Shown: positions 1 through 13,974, numbered from the stretch's first letter. The stretch: 50,392 nucleotides of DNA from Octopus sinensis (GCF_006345805.1 NW_021834848.1:1-50392); one strand, 5' to 3'. A program made the numbers and translations. The notes: generated from the sequence alone by a model not told the origin.

Positions 1-20
1 GGGGTGGAGTGAAAACACAT

Positions 21-956
21 ATAATATGTGAATATATATATGTATATATATATATGTGAATATATATACGTATATATATATATATGTGTGTATATATATG
101 TGTATATATATATATGTGTGTATATATATGTGTGTATATATGTGTGTATATATATGTGTATATATATTTGTATATATATGTTTGTATATATATTTGTATA
201 TATTTTTATATGTATGTATATATGTGTATATATATGTGTGTATATATATATGTGTATATATATGTGTGTATATATATATGTGTGTATATATGTATATATA
301 TATATGTGTGTATATATATGTGTGTATATATATGTGTGTATATATATATGAGTGTGTATATATATATATATGTATATATATATATGTACATATATATATG
401 TATATATATATGTGTATATATTTATATGTGTCTATATGTGTATATATATATATGTGTATATATATGTGTATATATTTATATGTGTATATATGTATGTGTA
501 TATATATGTGTGTATATATATATGTGTATATATATGTGTGTGTATATATATATGTATATATATGTGTGTGTGCATATATGTGTATATATATATGTATATA
601 TATATATATGTGTATATATATGTATAGTGTGTATATATGTATAGTGTGTATATATGTATAGTGTGTATATATGTATAGTGTATATATTTATATGTGTATA
701 TATATGTGTATATATATATGTGTGTATATATATATATGTATATATATGTGTGTATATATATATGTGTATATATGTGTGTGTATATATGTGTATATGTATA
801 CATATATATATGTGTATATCTATGTGTGTATATATATGTGTGTATATATGTATATATATATATATGCATATATATTTGTATATATATATGTGTATATGTA
901 TATATGTATAGCGTATATATATGTATAGTGAGTATATATGTATAGTGTGTATATAT
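21..956. repeat. Compound (TA)n/(TG)n microsatellite, continuing at 1291-1695 after the SINE
   Basis: Visible low-complexity tract. Many similar tracts occur throughout, e.g. 20280-20570, 31425-31890, 36480-36990 and 45290-46340. Confidence 0.95.
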
Positions 957-1290
957 GTAAGGGTAAAGACCCCCTTCGATCATGAATGACCATGGGATTG
1001 CACCTAGAAAGTTACCCTCCTAGACACAAGTCCGGGCAAGGTTGTTTATGGAAGACCAGCAGTCGCCCATGCATACCAGCCTCCCCTCTCCACGCCACCA
1101 GTGTTATCCAAGGGAAAGACAAAGGCCGATACAGCTTGGCACCTGTGACGTCGCAACTCATTTCTACAGTTGAGTGAACTGGAGCAACGTGAAATAAAGT
1201 GCCTTGCTCAAGAACACAACACGCAGCCCGGTCCGGGATTCAAGCTCACAACCTCACGATCGTAAGCTCGACGCTCTAACCACTGAGCCA
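957..1290 (-). mobile_element. tRNA-derived SINE
   Basis: Head ggctcagtggttagagcg...ttgaatcccgg (A/B boxes), central ttgtgttcttgagcaaggcactttatttcacgttgctccag, flanked by TA/TG microsatellite. Confidence 0.8.
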
Positions 1291-1575
1291 GTGTGTATAT
1301 ATGTATAGTGTGTATATATGTATAGTGTATATATATACATGTATATATATATGTATATATATATATATATGTGTATATATGTATATATATATGTATATAT
1401 ATGTATATATATATGTTTATATGTATATATATATATGTATATATATATGTATATATGTATATATGTATATATATATGTATATATGTATATATATATATAT
1501 GTGTATATATATATGTATATATATGTATATATATATGTATAGATATATATATATATGTATATATATCTATATATG

Positions 1576-1606
<31 letters not shown>

Positions 1607-1822
1607 GTATATATATATATATTTGTATATATATATATGTTATATATATGTATATATATGTATATATATATATATATATGCATATATATATATACAACAA
1701 AATATTAAGGAATGACCCTGAGAAGGTCGTTCGACTCACTTGAAAAGAGCAGCTGAAACTCAAAACCGCAAAAAATAGTAATTCTGAAACTAGAGGAAAA
1801 TAAAAAACATTTATCCCCTTCA

Positions 1823-1920
1823 AACTTTGTACCCTGCAAGGTTTCAACATCTTTACGCAATCAAATTTAATTAAATTAAAGTAAATCCATTTACGCTTGG
1901 CTTGTCTCGTCAGCAAAGTC
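1823..1920 (-). ncRNA. Type I hammerhead ribozyme with intact core
   Basis: GACUUUG-CUGACGA-GACA[53 nt]UGUU-GAAA-CCUUGCAGGGU-A-CAAAGUU. Stem I 7 bp, stem II 4 bp, near-palindromic stem III, GUA cleavage triplet (cut after 1830). Confidence 0.8.
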
Positions 1921-2113
1921 ACCAAAATAGGAGGCAGATATATATACACGAGGCTACACCATCTAAGCCTCGGGTCTATATATCGTAAATTTTCGAATTC
2001 ACCGTAATCGCGCCATCTACTCCGCAGCAAATATAAGCTGCTGATACAAATTTCAGAATTAGTCAAAAATTCATTAATCAATCAATATAAGGGTAACAAA
2101 AAATTCAAGAAAA

Positions 2114-2720
2114 ATGTTCTGCCACCAGCGGTCAAGTGAGAAAATTGTACATATTAGGCAACTTGATGTAGTTGTGTGTGCTACATATCGCCCTCCAGAT
2201 GCCCCAAGCCATGTGGGCAAGTTTGAAGACTGCCTTATAAAAATAGAAGAAGTTCTAACCACATTAGAACAACACATAAGTGTACTTCTTATGGGAGACT
2301 TCAATCTGCCCAAGACTTTAATGCTTCTGTGAAAGGGAAATGCAGATATCAGGGTCTTTCATAGCTTTCTCTTGTGTTTTTCTGATATATTTTGCTTCTC
2401 CTTCACTGGAACTTGAAAATTTCATCGTTCATCTACTGAGGTATGTTCTAATTCAGCCAGCATTTGTCTCTTATGATTTGTGGAACTGTTTCAGAATTAG
2501 TGCTTAGCTAATTATTCCAGGCTGGAAGTGGATGATAGAAAAATATATTCCAATTATAGAAACGGAAGTCAACCTATCCTAGGTAACATCCTCAAACTGA
2601 TTTAGTATCAATTCCCAACAGCTTGGTGAATTGCTGAGGTCATGAAGAACTAAATTTGCTTCCTACAGAAGCACAATGACTTGGTTGCAGTGGATTCCAC
2701 TCCCTCATCAACTCAACTTT
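2114..2720 (+). mobile_element. CR1/L2-like LINE apurinic endonuclease fragment
   Basis: VVCATYRPPD...VLLMGDFNLP, and later QPILGNILKLI resembling the PT..NILDL motif. Confidence 0.75.
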
Positions 2721-2807
2721 CTCACTTCTCCTCCTTCAATTCTGAATCCACTCATTTGCCTCCATACAAACAATATTTTTTATTGACATAGTCTGCGAAT
2801 ATATTTC

Positions 2808-2852
<45 letters not shown>

Positions 2853-3125
2853 TTCTTTATTTGCCACAAGGGCAACATAAATACATTACAATACAGTATG
2901 AGATAGTACATATATGGAAACAAGAAAAAAAACATTATCATCATTATCATTGTTATATTATCATTATTATTTCATACAAAGGGCACAAGGCTTCAGATTG
3001 ATATGAGTTGAGGGGGAGGGGGAGATGAGATTCAATGATGTTCATGCCTTTCTCAGGATAGAAATAATGGAAAGGAAATAGCTACAACTGGGACTAAGCT
3101 AATAATAATAATAATAATAATGCTA

Positions 3126-3157
<32 letters not shown>

Positions 3158-3466
3158 TATAAACAATATCTTTCAATGCCAAACAAAGGCTGAAACAGGT
3201 TGAATTAAGCAATAATTAACTTTTCTCATAGGCACAAAACCCTCTGATTTACAGGCGGAGTATGAGGGCTGGGGGTAAGAGAATAATGAAAGATGTTGTG
3301 GCATCTATGCCTTTCCCAACAACATCAATGATGTAAGTAAAAAAAAAAGTGAAGTTGTGTGAGTGAAGTTGCTGTAACTGGAATAATATAAGACACAGGT
3401 CTTGTGGACTCAGCCCAGTAGGAACTTACCACTTATACTACAACACTTTACTGAATATTTGTTGTT

Positions 3467-3526
<60 letters not shown>

Positions 3527-3549
3527 TTGAAAACTTAATATAAAAACTG

Positions 3550-3902
3550 ATGATTCATTTTTTAAGTTATAATAGTAATCTAGTGAAGAAAAAAATGAAC
3601 AAAAATTAGTTAATCATTTAATAAACAGAAAAATGACTAATAACTAATTGTAAAATGATTTTTGCACAACCACCTTGGAAAGAAAAAAAATCATAAACTG
3701 AAAAAACGCATTAACATTTAGAAACATATAAGATATAAAACAAATATACATATATTGCATAAATATAATAGTACATATGTGTGTGTGTGTGTCTGTGTGT
3801 ATGCGTGTGTGTATGTATATATATATTATATACATTTGTGTACATATATAATATATATTATATATATATATTATATGTATATTATATATATATATATATA
3901 TG

Positions 3903-3940
<38 letters not shown>

Positions 3941-4045
3941 TATATATATGTATATTTATATATATATATATATAGGTATATTTATATATATATATATATT
4001 ATATATATATATATATACAATACATATTATATAATATATATACAT

Positions 4046-4078
<33 letters not shown>

Positions 4079-4703
4079 TGCAGAATATATGTATCTACAA
4101 CTTTGTAAGCATATATTTATACATACACAAATATATATAAGACAATATGCTTCATTATGTACACAGGTAGATATGAATGCATTTAAGTAGAAGTTTGTGT
4201 GCACCTGTGTTTGTGTGTATGGAATCTGGTTCTATCTATAACTAGTCCCTGTTGAACAAAACCCTGCCTTCTTTGACTGTTGTATGTGTGTGTGTGTGTG
4301 TGTGTTTGTATATATATATATATATGTGTGTGTGTAAGTTAACAAATGTTGTTTATATTCATTTTTGAAAGAAAATTTATTTAAATTTGTAAAAATAATT
4401 TTAAATCACTTTTCAATATCAATTTCAAGCAAATATTATGTATGTATGTATGTATGTACGTATGTGTGTGTGTGTTTGTGTGTGTATGCGTGCATGCATG
4501 TGTGTGTTGTATGTACATAAATATATATACATATATATTGTGGGTGTGTATATACATACATATATATTATTAGATATAGATACAATATAAAAAATATGAT
4601 ATAGATACATATATACATATACAATATTTTATATCATATATATATATATATATATACATGTATACACACACACACACACACATATATAAGTATATATATG
4701 TAT

Positions 4704-4738
<35 letters not shown>

Positions 4739-5320
4739 AAATACTCAATGATTTTTATAATTTCAACTAGAATATGATGGAATATTTAATTAAATTTTGA
4801 TTTCACGTTTTTTCTTTTTCTTTTTAAATAACAAATAGAAGAAACAAGCATCAAATGTAAACAAGGAACAAACAAAGAGATTTTTAATAAACAACAAAAC
4901 AAAACAAACAAATACATTCGAGGCTGCTTTTTGAAGTTAGCTTTTGTATACAATTTACATTTGTTTGTCCATGTAGCCATCTTTGCTGCTGTCTATATTT
5001 GCACCTAAACATTCACACATCCATCTGCATCCATCAATCGAAAATTCCAGCTGTTTATCTATTCATTCATTCATCAAAGTTTCTTTTTACTTATTCAACA
5101 TTCCATTTTCCTTGCAACATTGAATCAAATCGATCTCATTAAAAGGATTCTATTAATTATTATGGTTATTAGTTCAAGTAAAATAGCATGAGAGAGAGAG
5201 AAAGAGAGAGAAAACACACACACACAACACCGTGAGCACACATGCATGCACCCACATACATATAGATATATATTGTACTGGACTGCTTTTCTATGTTGAA
5301 ATCACAGTGCTTTGCAGACC

Positions 5321-5383
<63 letters not shown>

Positions 5384-5532
5384 ATATATACTTCCATATA
5401 TACATATATATATGCTTGTATATATACACATGATGTATATATACATTTATATGCATATAGTTGTAAACTTATATATACATATAATTTAAATAATATAAAT
5501 CTGTCCATGTATATTTGTGTGTTTGTGTGTGC

Positions 5533-5568
<36 letters not shown>

Positions 5569-6093
5569 CATCAAGTGCTACTGTGTGCATCGATGCAGTT
5601 CAACATTTTTGCAGTGTGATGCTGCTGGCATGCATAGCAACCTCCCTGGAGCTTGCATCATTGCTATGACCACCAATGCTGTTACCCCTACCACTACCAC
5701 TCACACCTCTTCTTCTTCTTCTGGAACAATGGACTATGTTTTGCCTATATAGATGACATGCACTTATATATACATATGTGTATGTGTGTGTCTGTGTGTG
5801 TGGGTATAAATATATATATATACCCGTATGTGTACACAGTTGTATGCACACACACATACATACATAAAGGCATTCATACATACATATCAAAGTTGACTGT
5901 AGGTTGTCAAGGTAACAAAACAGAAACAAAAAAAGGAGATAAAATAATGGAATCAATTAAAAATAACAAAAAAAATCATGAAAATATGATTAGTTCTGAT
6001 GTTTTCCAATAATAATAAAAATTACTGATAAGTATTATGTAATAACAATAAAAAAATGATTTCTTGATAGCTGCTGTAGGAGTAATAATAATT

Positions 6094-6133
<40 letters not shown>

Positions 6134-6288
6134 CAATAGTAGTAGCAGCAGCAAAATTCATAGTAGCAAGAGTCAATTTGTAGTAATTGTAGTAATAACA
6201 ATAGTAATAACAACAGTAGTAGTAGTAGTAGTAATAGTAGTAGTAGCAGTAATAATAATAATAATAATGATAATAATGATAATAATAA

Positions 6289-6320
<32 letters not shown>

Positions 6321-8036
6321 AAAAAACAATCAATCGTTGTTTGATTTTGCTGTCGTTGATTTTTTTTGGGTTTTTTTCTAATATTTATATCATTATTTTT
6401 AACATTTTGTTTTGTATTTTTAAAACATTTAACGTTCATTTTTTTGTTATTTTTTTATATTTTAATTTTTTTAAATGTTTTTTAAGGTTTTCCTTTTAAA
6501 TATTTAAAATTGTTTTTCAAAGATATTTTGTTTTTCATTAATGTTATTCTTGTCCTTTTTGTTGTTGTTTTTTCTTTTTACTGGATCAATCTTCTTAAAA
6601 TACTTTCAACATCATCACCATCAAAATCATAAACACTGTCATCGCCGTCGTCATCATCATCATTTTCATCATCGTCTCTTTTTATTCTTTGTGAATGTGT
6701 GAGAAAATGTGTATGTGTATACATGGGTGTATACATTTCTTTCCTGGCCCAGCCATTTCAGCATTTCAGTATATATGTATATATATATATGTACATATAC
6801 ATATATATATATATACATATAAATATATACATATATATATACATATACATACATACACACACTCACATATATATACACGCATGCATGTGTGTGTATGTAT
6901 ATATGTACATACACACACATATGCATATTGTTAGCATAATCAGTGTATGTCTGCTTCACATGCTAGCATGGGTTGGACAGGTCTATATGCTCTGAATCGT
7001 TTCTTATTCAGAATTACTACCTCCTAAGAAAGAATGGATAGTGATGATAAATCCATTAAACAATCACACACACAACCATAGATAAGATCTACCTTTACAC
7101 TTTTCTTTCAACTCTTCTTTCCATAACAACAAACCATTCATCCTTCCTTCTTTCTCATCTTTTCTCCTCCTTTTCTGTTTATCCCTGCACCACCACCACC
7201 ACCACCACCACCACCACCACCACCACCACCACCACCATGCTATCCCTAATTCACATTGTTTACATTATTGTTGTTCAATTACACTTCACCCACCAAAAAC
7301 AGCACATATGTATGTGTGTATATATGTATATATATATATATATATATACATATATATAGGTACATGTGTATACATAAAAAACATATACACGTATTGCATA
7401 TGATACACACACACACACACACATATACAAGTGCATATACACATGTGTACCTGTATGTATGTATATAAAGTATAAATTTCTATAAACGTGTGTGAATCAT
7501 TTTATTAATAAGAAAATTGTAATTATTTTTAATTGGTCACAGTTAACATGATGGGAATGGTAGTGGTGTTGGTGGCTGTGGGTGGTTGTGGGTGGTTGAT
7601 GCTGTCCATCATCTCCTCTCCTCCCTGACAAGCTGACCAGACACTTGGCTAATCTGACCGGATCAAACTGAATTGAATTGAATCAGTTTGTCTGTTGATC
7701 ATGTAAAAGGATTGTATTGGTAGTAGTAGTAGTTGTAGTAGTAGTAGTAGTGGAGTCTTCCACGCTACAACAACAGCCATCACAACCAATACCCCAACAA
7801 ATACCATCACTACACACACACACACGCATGCATGCATGCATATACATACACCTACACAAAGGTTAAATAAAGAGGTTTGTTTTGTTGATGATGGCCACAT
7901 TTGTATTTGTTTATAGAATCTTCTTTTGCATGTTCAGTAATCGAAGAGTGCAGTAGTAACAACAACAATAACAACAACAGCAACTGCTACAGCTGCAGAA
8001 GTGGTCAATAAAAAGGCGGTGTTGGTGATGTATTCT
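3550..8036 (-). other. Putative long 3' UTR of the cpo-like gene
   Basis: Follows the stop codon, nearly free of transposon remnants unlike the introns, with U-rich tracts on the minus strand. Minus-strand AATAAA at 7501-7506, 6681-6686 and 4376-4381. The true end is unknown. Confidence 0.35.
6090..6320. repeat. Compound trinucleotide repeat (TAG/TAA/CAG)n
   Basis: gtagtagtag...taataataa runs. Confidence 0.9.
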
Positions 8037-8096
8037 TTAGTATGCTGCAGCTTGCACCGGAGACTGGCCAGTCGCTGGAACATCTTCTTTACGAGT
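8037..8096 (-). CDS. cpo: Probable terminal coding exon of the cpo-like gene
   Basis: Strong polypyrimidine acceptor cttttttcttccttctcatAG. Phase 0 reading TRKEDVPATGQSPVQAAAY* (TAA at 8039-8037) continues KMGEV in frame. Assignment rests on splice signals and phase, not on recognisable homology. Confidence 0.7.
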   Translation of the reverse strand, partial: TRKEDVPATGQSPVQAAAY

Positions 8097-8319
8097 CTAT
8101 GAGAAGGAAGAAAAAAGTGAAACATAAACAGATGCATTTATAGTTTTACAAAAACGTATTTGGACACCTCTGTAAGCATTCTCGAAACACAGGACTGCTT
8201 TAATTTTATCTTTCTTAACAGTTTTGAAATATAAAAGCAAAACTACTGCTTTGAAACAAGCTGTTTCTTATGTATGTGTGTGTTTGCATGTGTGTATGTT
8301 AGTATGTATGTATATATAC

Positions 8320-8356
<37 letters not shown>

Positions 8357-8448
8357 CATATATATATACACACATTTCAAAGTGTAACCGCATGTGTATC
8401 GTTGGCGGTTTTCTTCCTCTGTCTTCCCTTCCTTTGGACTTTCCTCTA

Positions 8449-8481
8449 TTTTTGAAGAAGAGCTTTGCTCGAAACGTTAAA
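8449..8481 (+). ncRNA. Minimal Penelope-type hammerhead remnant (C3U)
   Basis: uuu-UUGAAGA-A-GAGC(uuu)GCUC-GAAA-CGU-U-aaa. Palindromic ACGU stem III and a 3 bp stem I. Confidence 0.45.
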
Positions 8482-8643
8482 CCATCTTTCTTTCCTTTCC
8501 TCTGCATCTGATAATACAGTACTTGCACAACGTCCTTGCATTATTGCTTTTTTCTTGTTGTTCTTCTTTGTTTGGTTCACTATATATATATATATTTATA
8601 TATTATATATATATATATATATATATTATATGCATACTAATAC

Positions 8644-8930
8644 ACTACAGGACACTGTCTTGGGGCCATTACCATTCATGGTGGTCCTCCCAGATATGCC
8701 CTCATCCACACAGAGAGCCATCCTCACAAGCTATGCAGATGACACAAAATCATCACAGGTAATACAAAACACCAAAGATGGCAGCACCTGCAACAAAAGT
8801 TAGATGCAAAACACAAGTGGGCTGATGACAATAAAATGCAGTTTAATGCTGGAAAGTTCCAAGCCTCATACGATCAGCAGACAAAGTTAAATGCAATGCA
8901 GACAAAATACACTCAACTTGGAAGGATTGC
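8644..8930 (+). mobile_element. CR1/L2-like LINE reverse transcriptase fragment
   Basis: QDTVLGPLPFMVVLPDMP...SYADDTK...(frameshift)...KWADDNKMQFNAGKFQ. Confidence 0.85.
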
Positions 8931-9034
8931 AGTTCCTGCCATGTGCATATTACTAAGTGGCAATGAAATGCAGATGGTTGACTGGATATGTATGTGTTAA
9001 AGGAATATTTGGCAGATTTCCAAACACCCTGCCC

Positions 9035-11330
9035 AGGAATCAAACCTGAATCAGCGATCACCTGTAAAAATAACAATAACCTGGATGCTATCAAAGATTG
9101 GTCATGTCAGAAAGCAACTGACCCCATACACTCTGATAAACACTGTTTAAGAACTGTTTTGTTTTTACAGTAGCTTGTTGACCAGAAAGAATACAGTGGA
9201 CTCAGTAGTCGTTTAACTCATTAAATCCCAGTTTTGTAAACTAGCACCTTTTTCTGAACAAAAAACATAAATAGTTGTCATTAACAATTTTGTGTTTGGC
9301 TCCTATTCTTTGAAAGACATTAGCTGCTTATTAGGTTGTTTATTTGCCAACCAGCAGTGGCCTGTTAGGGAAGAATATTGCAACAGGAATTTACAGCAGT
9401 TTATATCAGCCAAGGACCATGACAACAACGACAAAAAATAACCATTATGACAGCTTAAAGCAGTTCACTGCTGGAATCCACACAGTGGTGGCTAACATCA
9501 TTACCAACTCAACATCTCATACAAACTTCTACAATTGACTTGAAATATACTTATCTTACACTGGTTACAGTGAAAGACTGCTATGCAGCTTGTCAGTGCA
9601 ACAAGCAAGTTCCGAAACATTGCTGATACTTCAGCTGAACTGTCCCTGAGAATCTTTTTTTCCTCCTTGAGTTTTCCCTGATGTTGTGGCCTCACCCAAA
9701 CTGCTACGTTTCCTATTGTTGATACACTGGTGACCATGCTTCAAAAACATTACACAGTTTCTCAACACATCAAACAAATGTTAAAATCACCACCAAGTTG
9801 TCAGTATGCTACCTGTAACATCATCAAATGTCCTCAAATGCAACAAATAAATTCTTCTTCATCTCGTTCATCTTCAAAATAAGTCTTAGTCAACATTGAC
9901 CACCTAAAACAGCTCACCTTGGATCTTAACATCACCCCACCACCTCAACACACCCAACAACATTCATATTCTTCCGCTGATGTCTCCATCTACTCCAGTG
10001 ACATGCTTTTGAGTCAGTGAATGCTTTCTCTAGCAAAGGAGTTAAAATTATTAAAAAACAAAAAAAAACATTTGTTCTTCATCATGGTTATCCTTTTTTA
10101 CTAATTTCACCTTCCTTCTGCTCATACATGCATACATCAGAACATGTATACATTGCACACACACTGCATGTATACAACATGGAAACATGCACAACATGGA
10201 AACATGCACTTAGCCAAGACATTCATTGCTAGTAGCATACATAAATTCAGTGGGAACAAAAGATGCCGGCAGACTTTAGCTGCTTTGTTCAGAAGGCTGG
10301 AAATAGCTGGATTTGTTTACTAGGCTGGCACACAGGTATAGATTATACAACCCATTTTGAGATTCACATGAATATGCAAACAACTTACAGCTATACTGAC
10401 TCACCCGTACAAACACACATACTCTGATTATGTCACTGACTCACACATTCAGCTGCAGACCACTGACTCAACATACATGCATTCTCAATCAGAATTCCCC
10501 TAGTATTTTTATAATCATACTCTGTCTGACCTAATATTCTACCACAATTATGGATTCTCTTGCGTATTTTCCCTGCTCTTGGCTATGCAGGTTGTTCAGA
10601 CCTTGAGCTCTCATAGTATTTCACATGTAAGACAGCCTTGCAATGAACAGTGGAAAAGTTTTCTGTCAAGAATTCAACATTTTTGCAGCCACATCACCTG
10701 CTCATCATTTACACAATTTAACCAACAACTCTTAGTCATGCATTCACACGTTCTAATGCATATTCTTCACACACTTCATATCTACACTTCTGGCATTTTG
10801 TTCAATTAACCATTGCAGGTCATTGTATTGGCAGGGGAGTCCTGTAGCAGGGATTTTTGGTAGTGCATCACACACCAACTTAGGAATCAAACCTGAATCA
10901 CTATATTCACATGTAAAAATAACACTAACAATAAACAGGATGCTCTCAAAGATTGATGGCACCAGCAATTGACCAACCGGGTACTGTCTGATAAGCACAT
11001 TGAGAATTTGATTTTATTACAGTGACTGGTTGACCAGGAAAAAATACAATCCAGCAGAAGTTTAAACTCATTAAATTCAAGTTTTGCAAACAAGCATCTT
11101 TCCACTTTTTTGGACAAAATAACATATGGGATGGCCATAAACAATTTTTGGTACCTATTCCCTGAATAGGTATAAGCTATGTATAAGTTGTTTTACTGCT
11201 AAGTCTCCAGTGGCCGTGACACAGCCAAGATCAATGGCTGCCTCATCTGTGTCCCTCAACATTAACAACAAAGAGGGCAGCAGTTATGACACAGCTTGAA
11301 CCAACTGGCAGCTTGAACCTTTACCATTCA
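9035..11330 (+). repeat. Old diverged direct repeat pair (about 9035-9500 and 10883-11330)
   Basis: Colinear blocks aggaatcaaacctgaatca, tgtaaaaataaca, ggatgct.tcaaagattg, tgaccag.aa..aataca, aactcattaaat, cagccaag and ttatgaca in both copies. Confidence 0.6.
10397..10470. promoter_or_regulatory. Cluster of three AP-1 consensus heptamers
   Basis: TGACTCA at 10397, 10437 and 10464. Function is unknown. Confidence 0.2.
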
Positions 11331-11688
11331 CAGCTAATGTCTTTCTCAAAACACGTCTTGCCTAATCTGCAGTTTGATGTTCATAGTAATGATATTATTT
11401 TGTTAATGTTGGAATTTCACACTAACTTTGTGTTCTTCGCTCTCTCTCAGCTCAGTCAGATTACGTTTGCTACATTGGGGCCAATCAAACAACAAGCAGT
11501 GTAACATTACACACACACACACACACATTACACTTTCTTTATTATTATTATATTTGAAAGTGTGGAGCTACAGGACATATTGTTCACAGGGAAGGCAAAC
11601 ATGACATCACCATCATTTACTCCCATGGTTACTTGGGTAAAATTAGTAAAAACAGCATACATGCACAAACATGCACAGGTGCTAATAC

Positions 11689-11730
<42 letters not shown>

Positions 11731-11973
11731 ATATATATATATATATACACGATGATTTCCACAGAGCTTCACTGATAAATTTGATTGAGAAGATATTTAC
11801 CCAAAGTATTGTGAAGTGAGATTGTATGATTGTGCTGTAAGCTTCTTGACCACATGACCATGCCAGCATCCCCCCCCACTCTCTCTCTCGCTATAAATAT
11901 ATATATACACACACACATATATACCTATAAACATTTATATATGTACACACACACACACATATATATGTATATC

Positions 11974-12017
<44 letters not shown>

Positions 12018-12227
12018 GGATTATTACAAAGCAGCATTAGCATTTTATTCATTTTGATATATAAATACAGCCTCAAATAGGCCTACTTTGAATACCTAAC
12101 TGTGAGCAAACAGGTAAATGTGTGGAGAAATCTCTTATTAATTACCAATATATATATATGTGTGTGTGTGTAAGTACAGATATACATACATATACATGTA
12201 TATATACACACATAAGTATGTACATGT

Positions 12228-12299
<72 letters not shown>

Positions 12300-12886
12300 A
12301 ATATATATATATATATGTATATATATATAATATATGTATATATAATATATATATAGTATATATATATATATATATATTTGTTGCATAAGAAATATATAAA
12401 TATGATAATTACTTTGCTTAATTAAGCATGAAACTGTGTTTATAGTAAAACCTGTGAAGGATGTGTCATTCTGACTATGTTCACCAAAGAAAAGGAAAAA
12501 AAAAAGAATCAAATGAAGAAATGCCTAAGTTATGATTAGCTGTGTACAATGTACTGTACAAAATATATGTATAATGTTTGGAATGTATAATATATATGTC
12601 TATTATGAATATGGTTCTATTACTACATGTGAATTTTAAGCTTTTATATGCAAAAACTGATTTATTAACCGTAGGAAGTGAACATATATTAAATAGTATT
12701 TGAATATTTTTATCTATGATATATGTATGTTTTCTGTAACAGGGTTATATATAACATGCCATGATAATATTTATGCAAAAGAATATTTATATAATATGTA
12801 TAAGGAATGCATGTTATGATGATGCATTTATGAAAAACCAGTTTTAGCTTGTTTCTTTTAAAATGTCATCAATAATGACAGCACAT

Positions 12887-12950
<64 letters not shown>

Positions 12951-13974
12951 ACTTCAAACTCACACAAATATACATGCACCTACATGCAAACATATATATA
13001 TACACATATTTTTATGCATGCATATGTATAAATATGCAATCAAATGTATACAGAAATTTGTTAGTGAAGGCATGCATACATGCGTGAATGCACATATATG
13101 CTGCACACATGCACATGCTCATGCATTTGTAATCATGCACATTTTTAATACATACATGCCATTATTATTTTCATTATCATCAGCTTTATAATTATTGTTA
13201 TTATTGTTGTTACTATTGTTATTGTTGTTTTATTACATACCTCGATACTGGTGGTAGATGTGACTGGTTTCATCCAACATACACTTGGCATTAGCTGGGT
13301 ACAGCAACATATGCAAAGAAAGGCAGTGTGAGGGTTATATTGTTTTGGATTGTTATGTGTAGAAATTGTGTGTGTGTGTGTGTGTGTGTGTATTATTGCA
13401 TTAGAATGACTGGGTAAGGCGGTAGGCATCTTTGTTGTGTTCAGTTTACAGTAACTGTGGTACCAAACTAATTAATTTCAATATTTAATTATCAACTTCA
13501 TTCAAAAAATTTATTTTCTTTTCAGAAATCACAGAGATGAGACATTCAGCTACAAGTTGAGAGCAGTATTTTAACAAGATCACAGATGAATTGATAACCT
13601 TTCTTCAATATGCAATTTAAAGTTGTATTTAGCTTTAAGTTCTATATCTTTTCCTTATGATTTATGGTAAATTTGTGGCAGCTCATCAGAGACCTTGAAG
13701 TTTAATTGAAGCTTCTTTTTTATAGCTTTGTTCATTCTGCTTTGAAGAGCCTGTGAGACTAACTAGAGCAAAAAGAGAAAGAAACAAAGAAGTGTACTAA
13801 GTCTAAAACTTTTATTTCTTTAGTTGCATAATCACAGAGTGGCAACAATCTGTTGGGCAAAGAGACACTATTTGGGCTATAAAAGAAAACTATAATGGTT
13901 CAAATAAAACATGTCTGTGTGTAGTGCCTTTGCAAAAGATTGATGTTAAATGATTTTTACATATATATATATCA

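Noticed and set aside
28-983. Long Y/I/V/C/M-rich ORFs, here and in all similar tracts
   Set aside because: These are translations of (TA)n/(TG)n microsatellites, which lack stop codons by composition.
1200-1290. tRNA-like A/B boxes, also near 14200-14279 and 21332-21400
   Set aside because: These are SINE heads without a complete cloverleaf, so they are not called tRNA genes.
5976-6439. Poly-Tyr, poly-Leu and poly-Thr ORFs
   Set aside because: These are three frames of one trinucleotide repeat in the presumed 3' UTR.
13620-13700. Minus-strand CTGATGA with a downstream GAAA
   Set aside because: No stem I, II or III complementarity.
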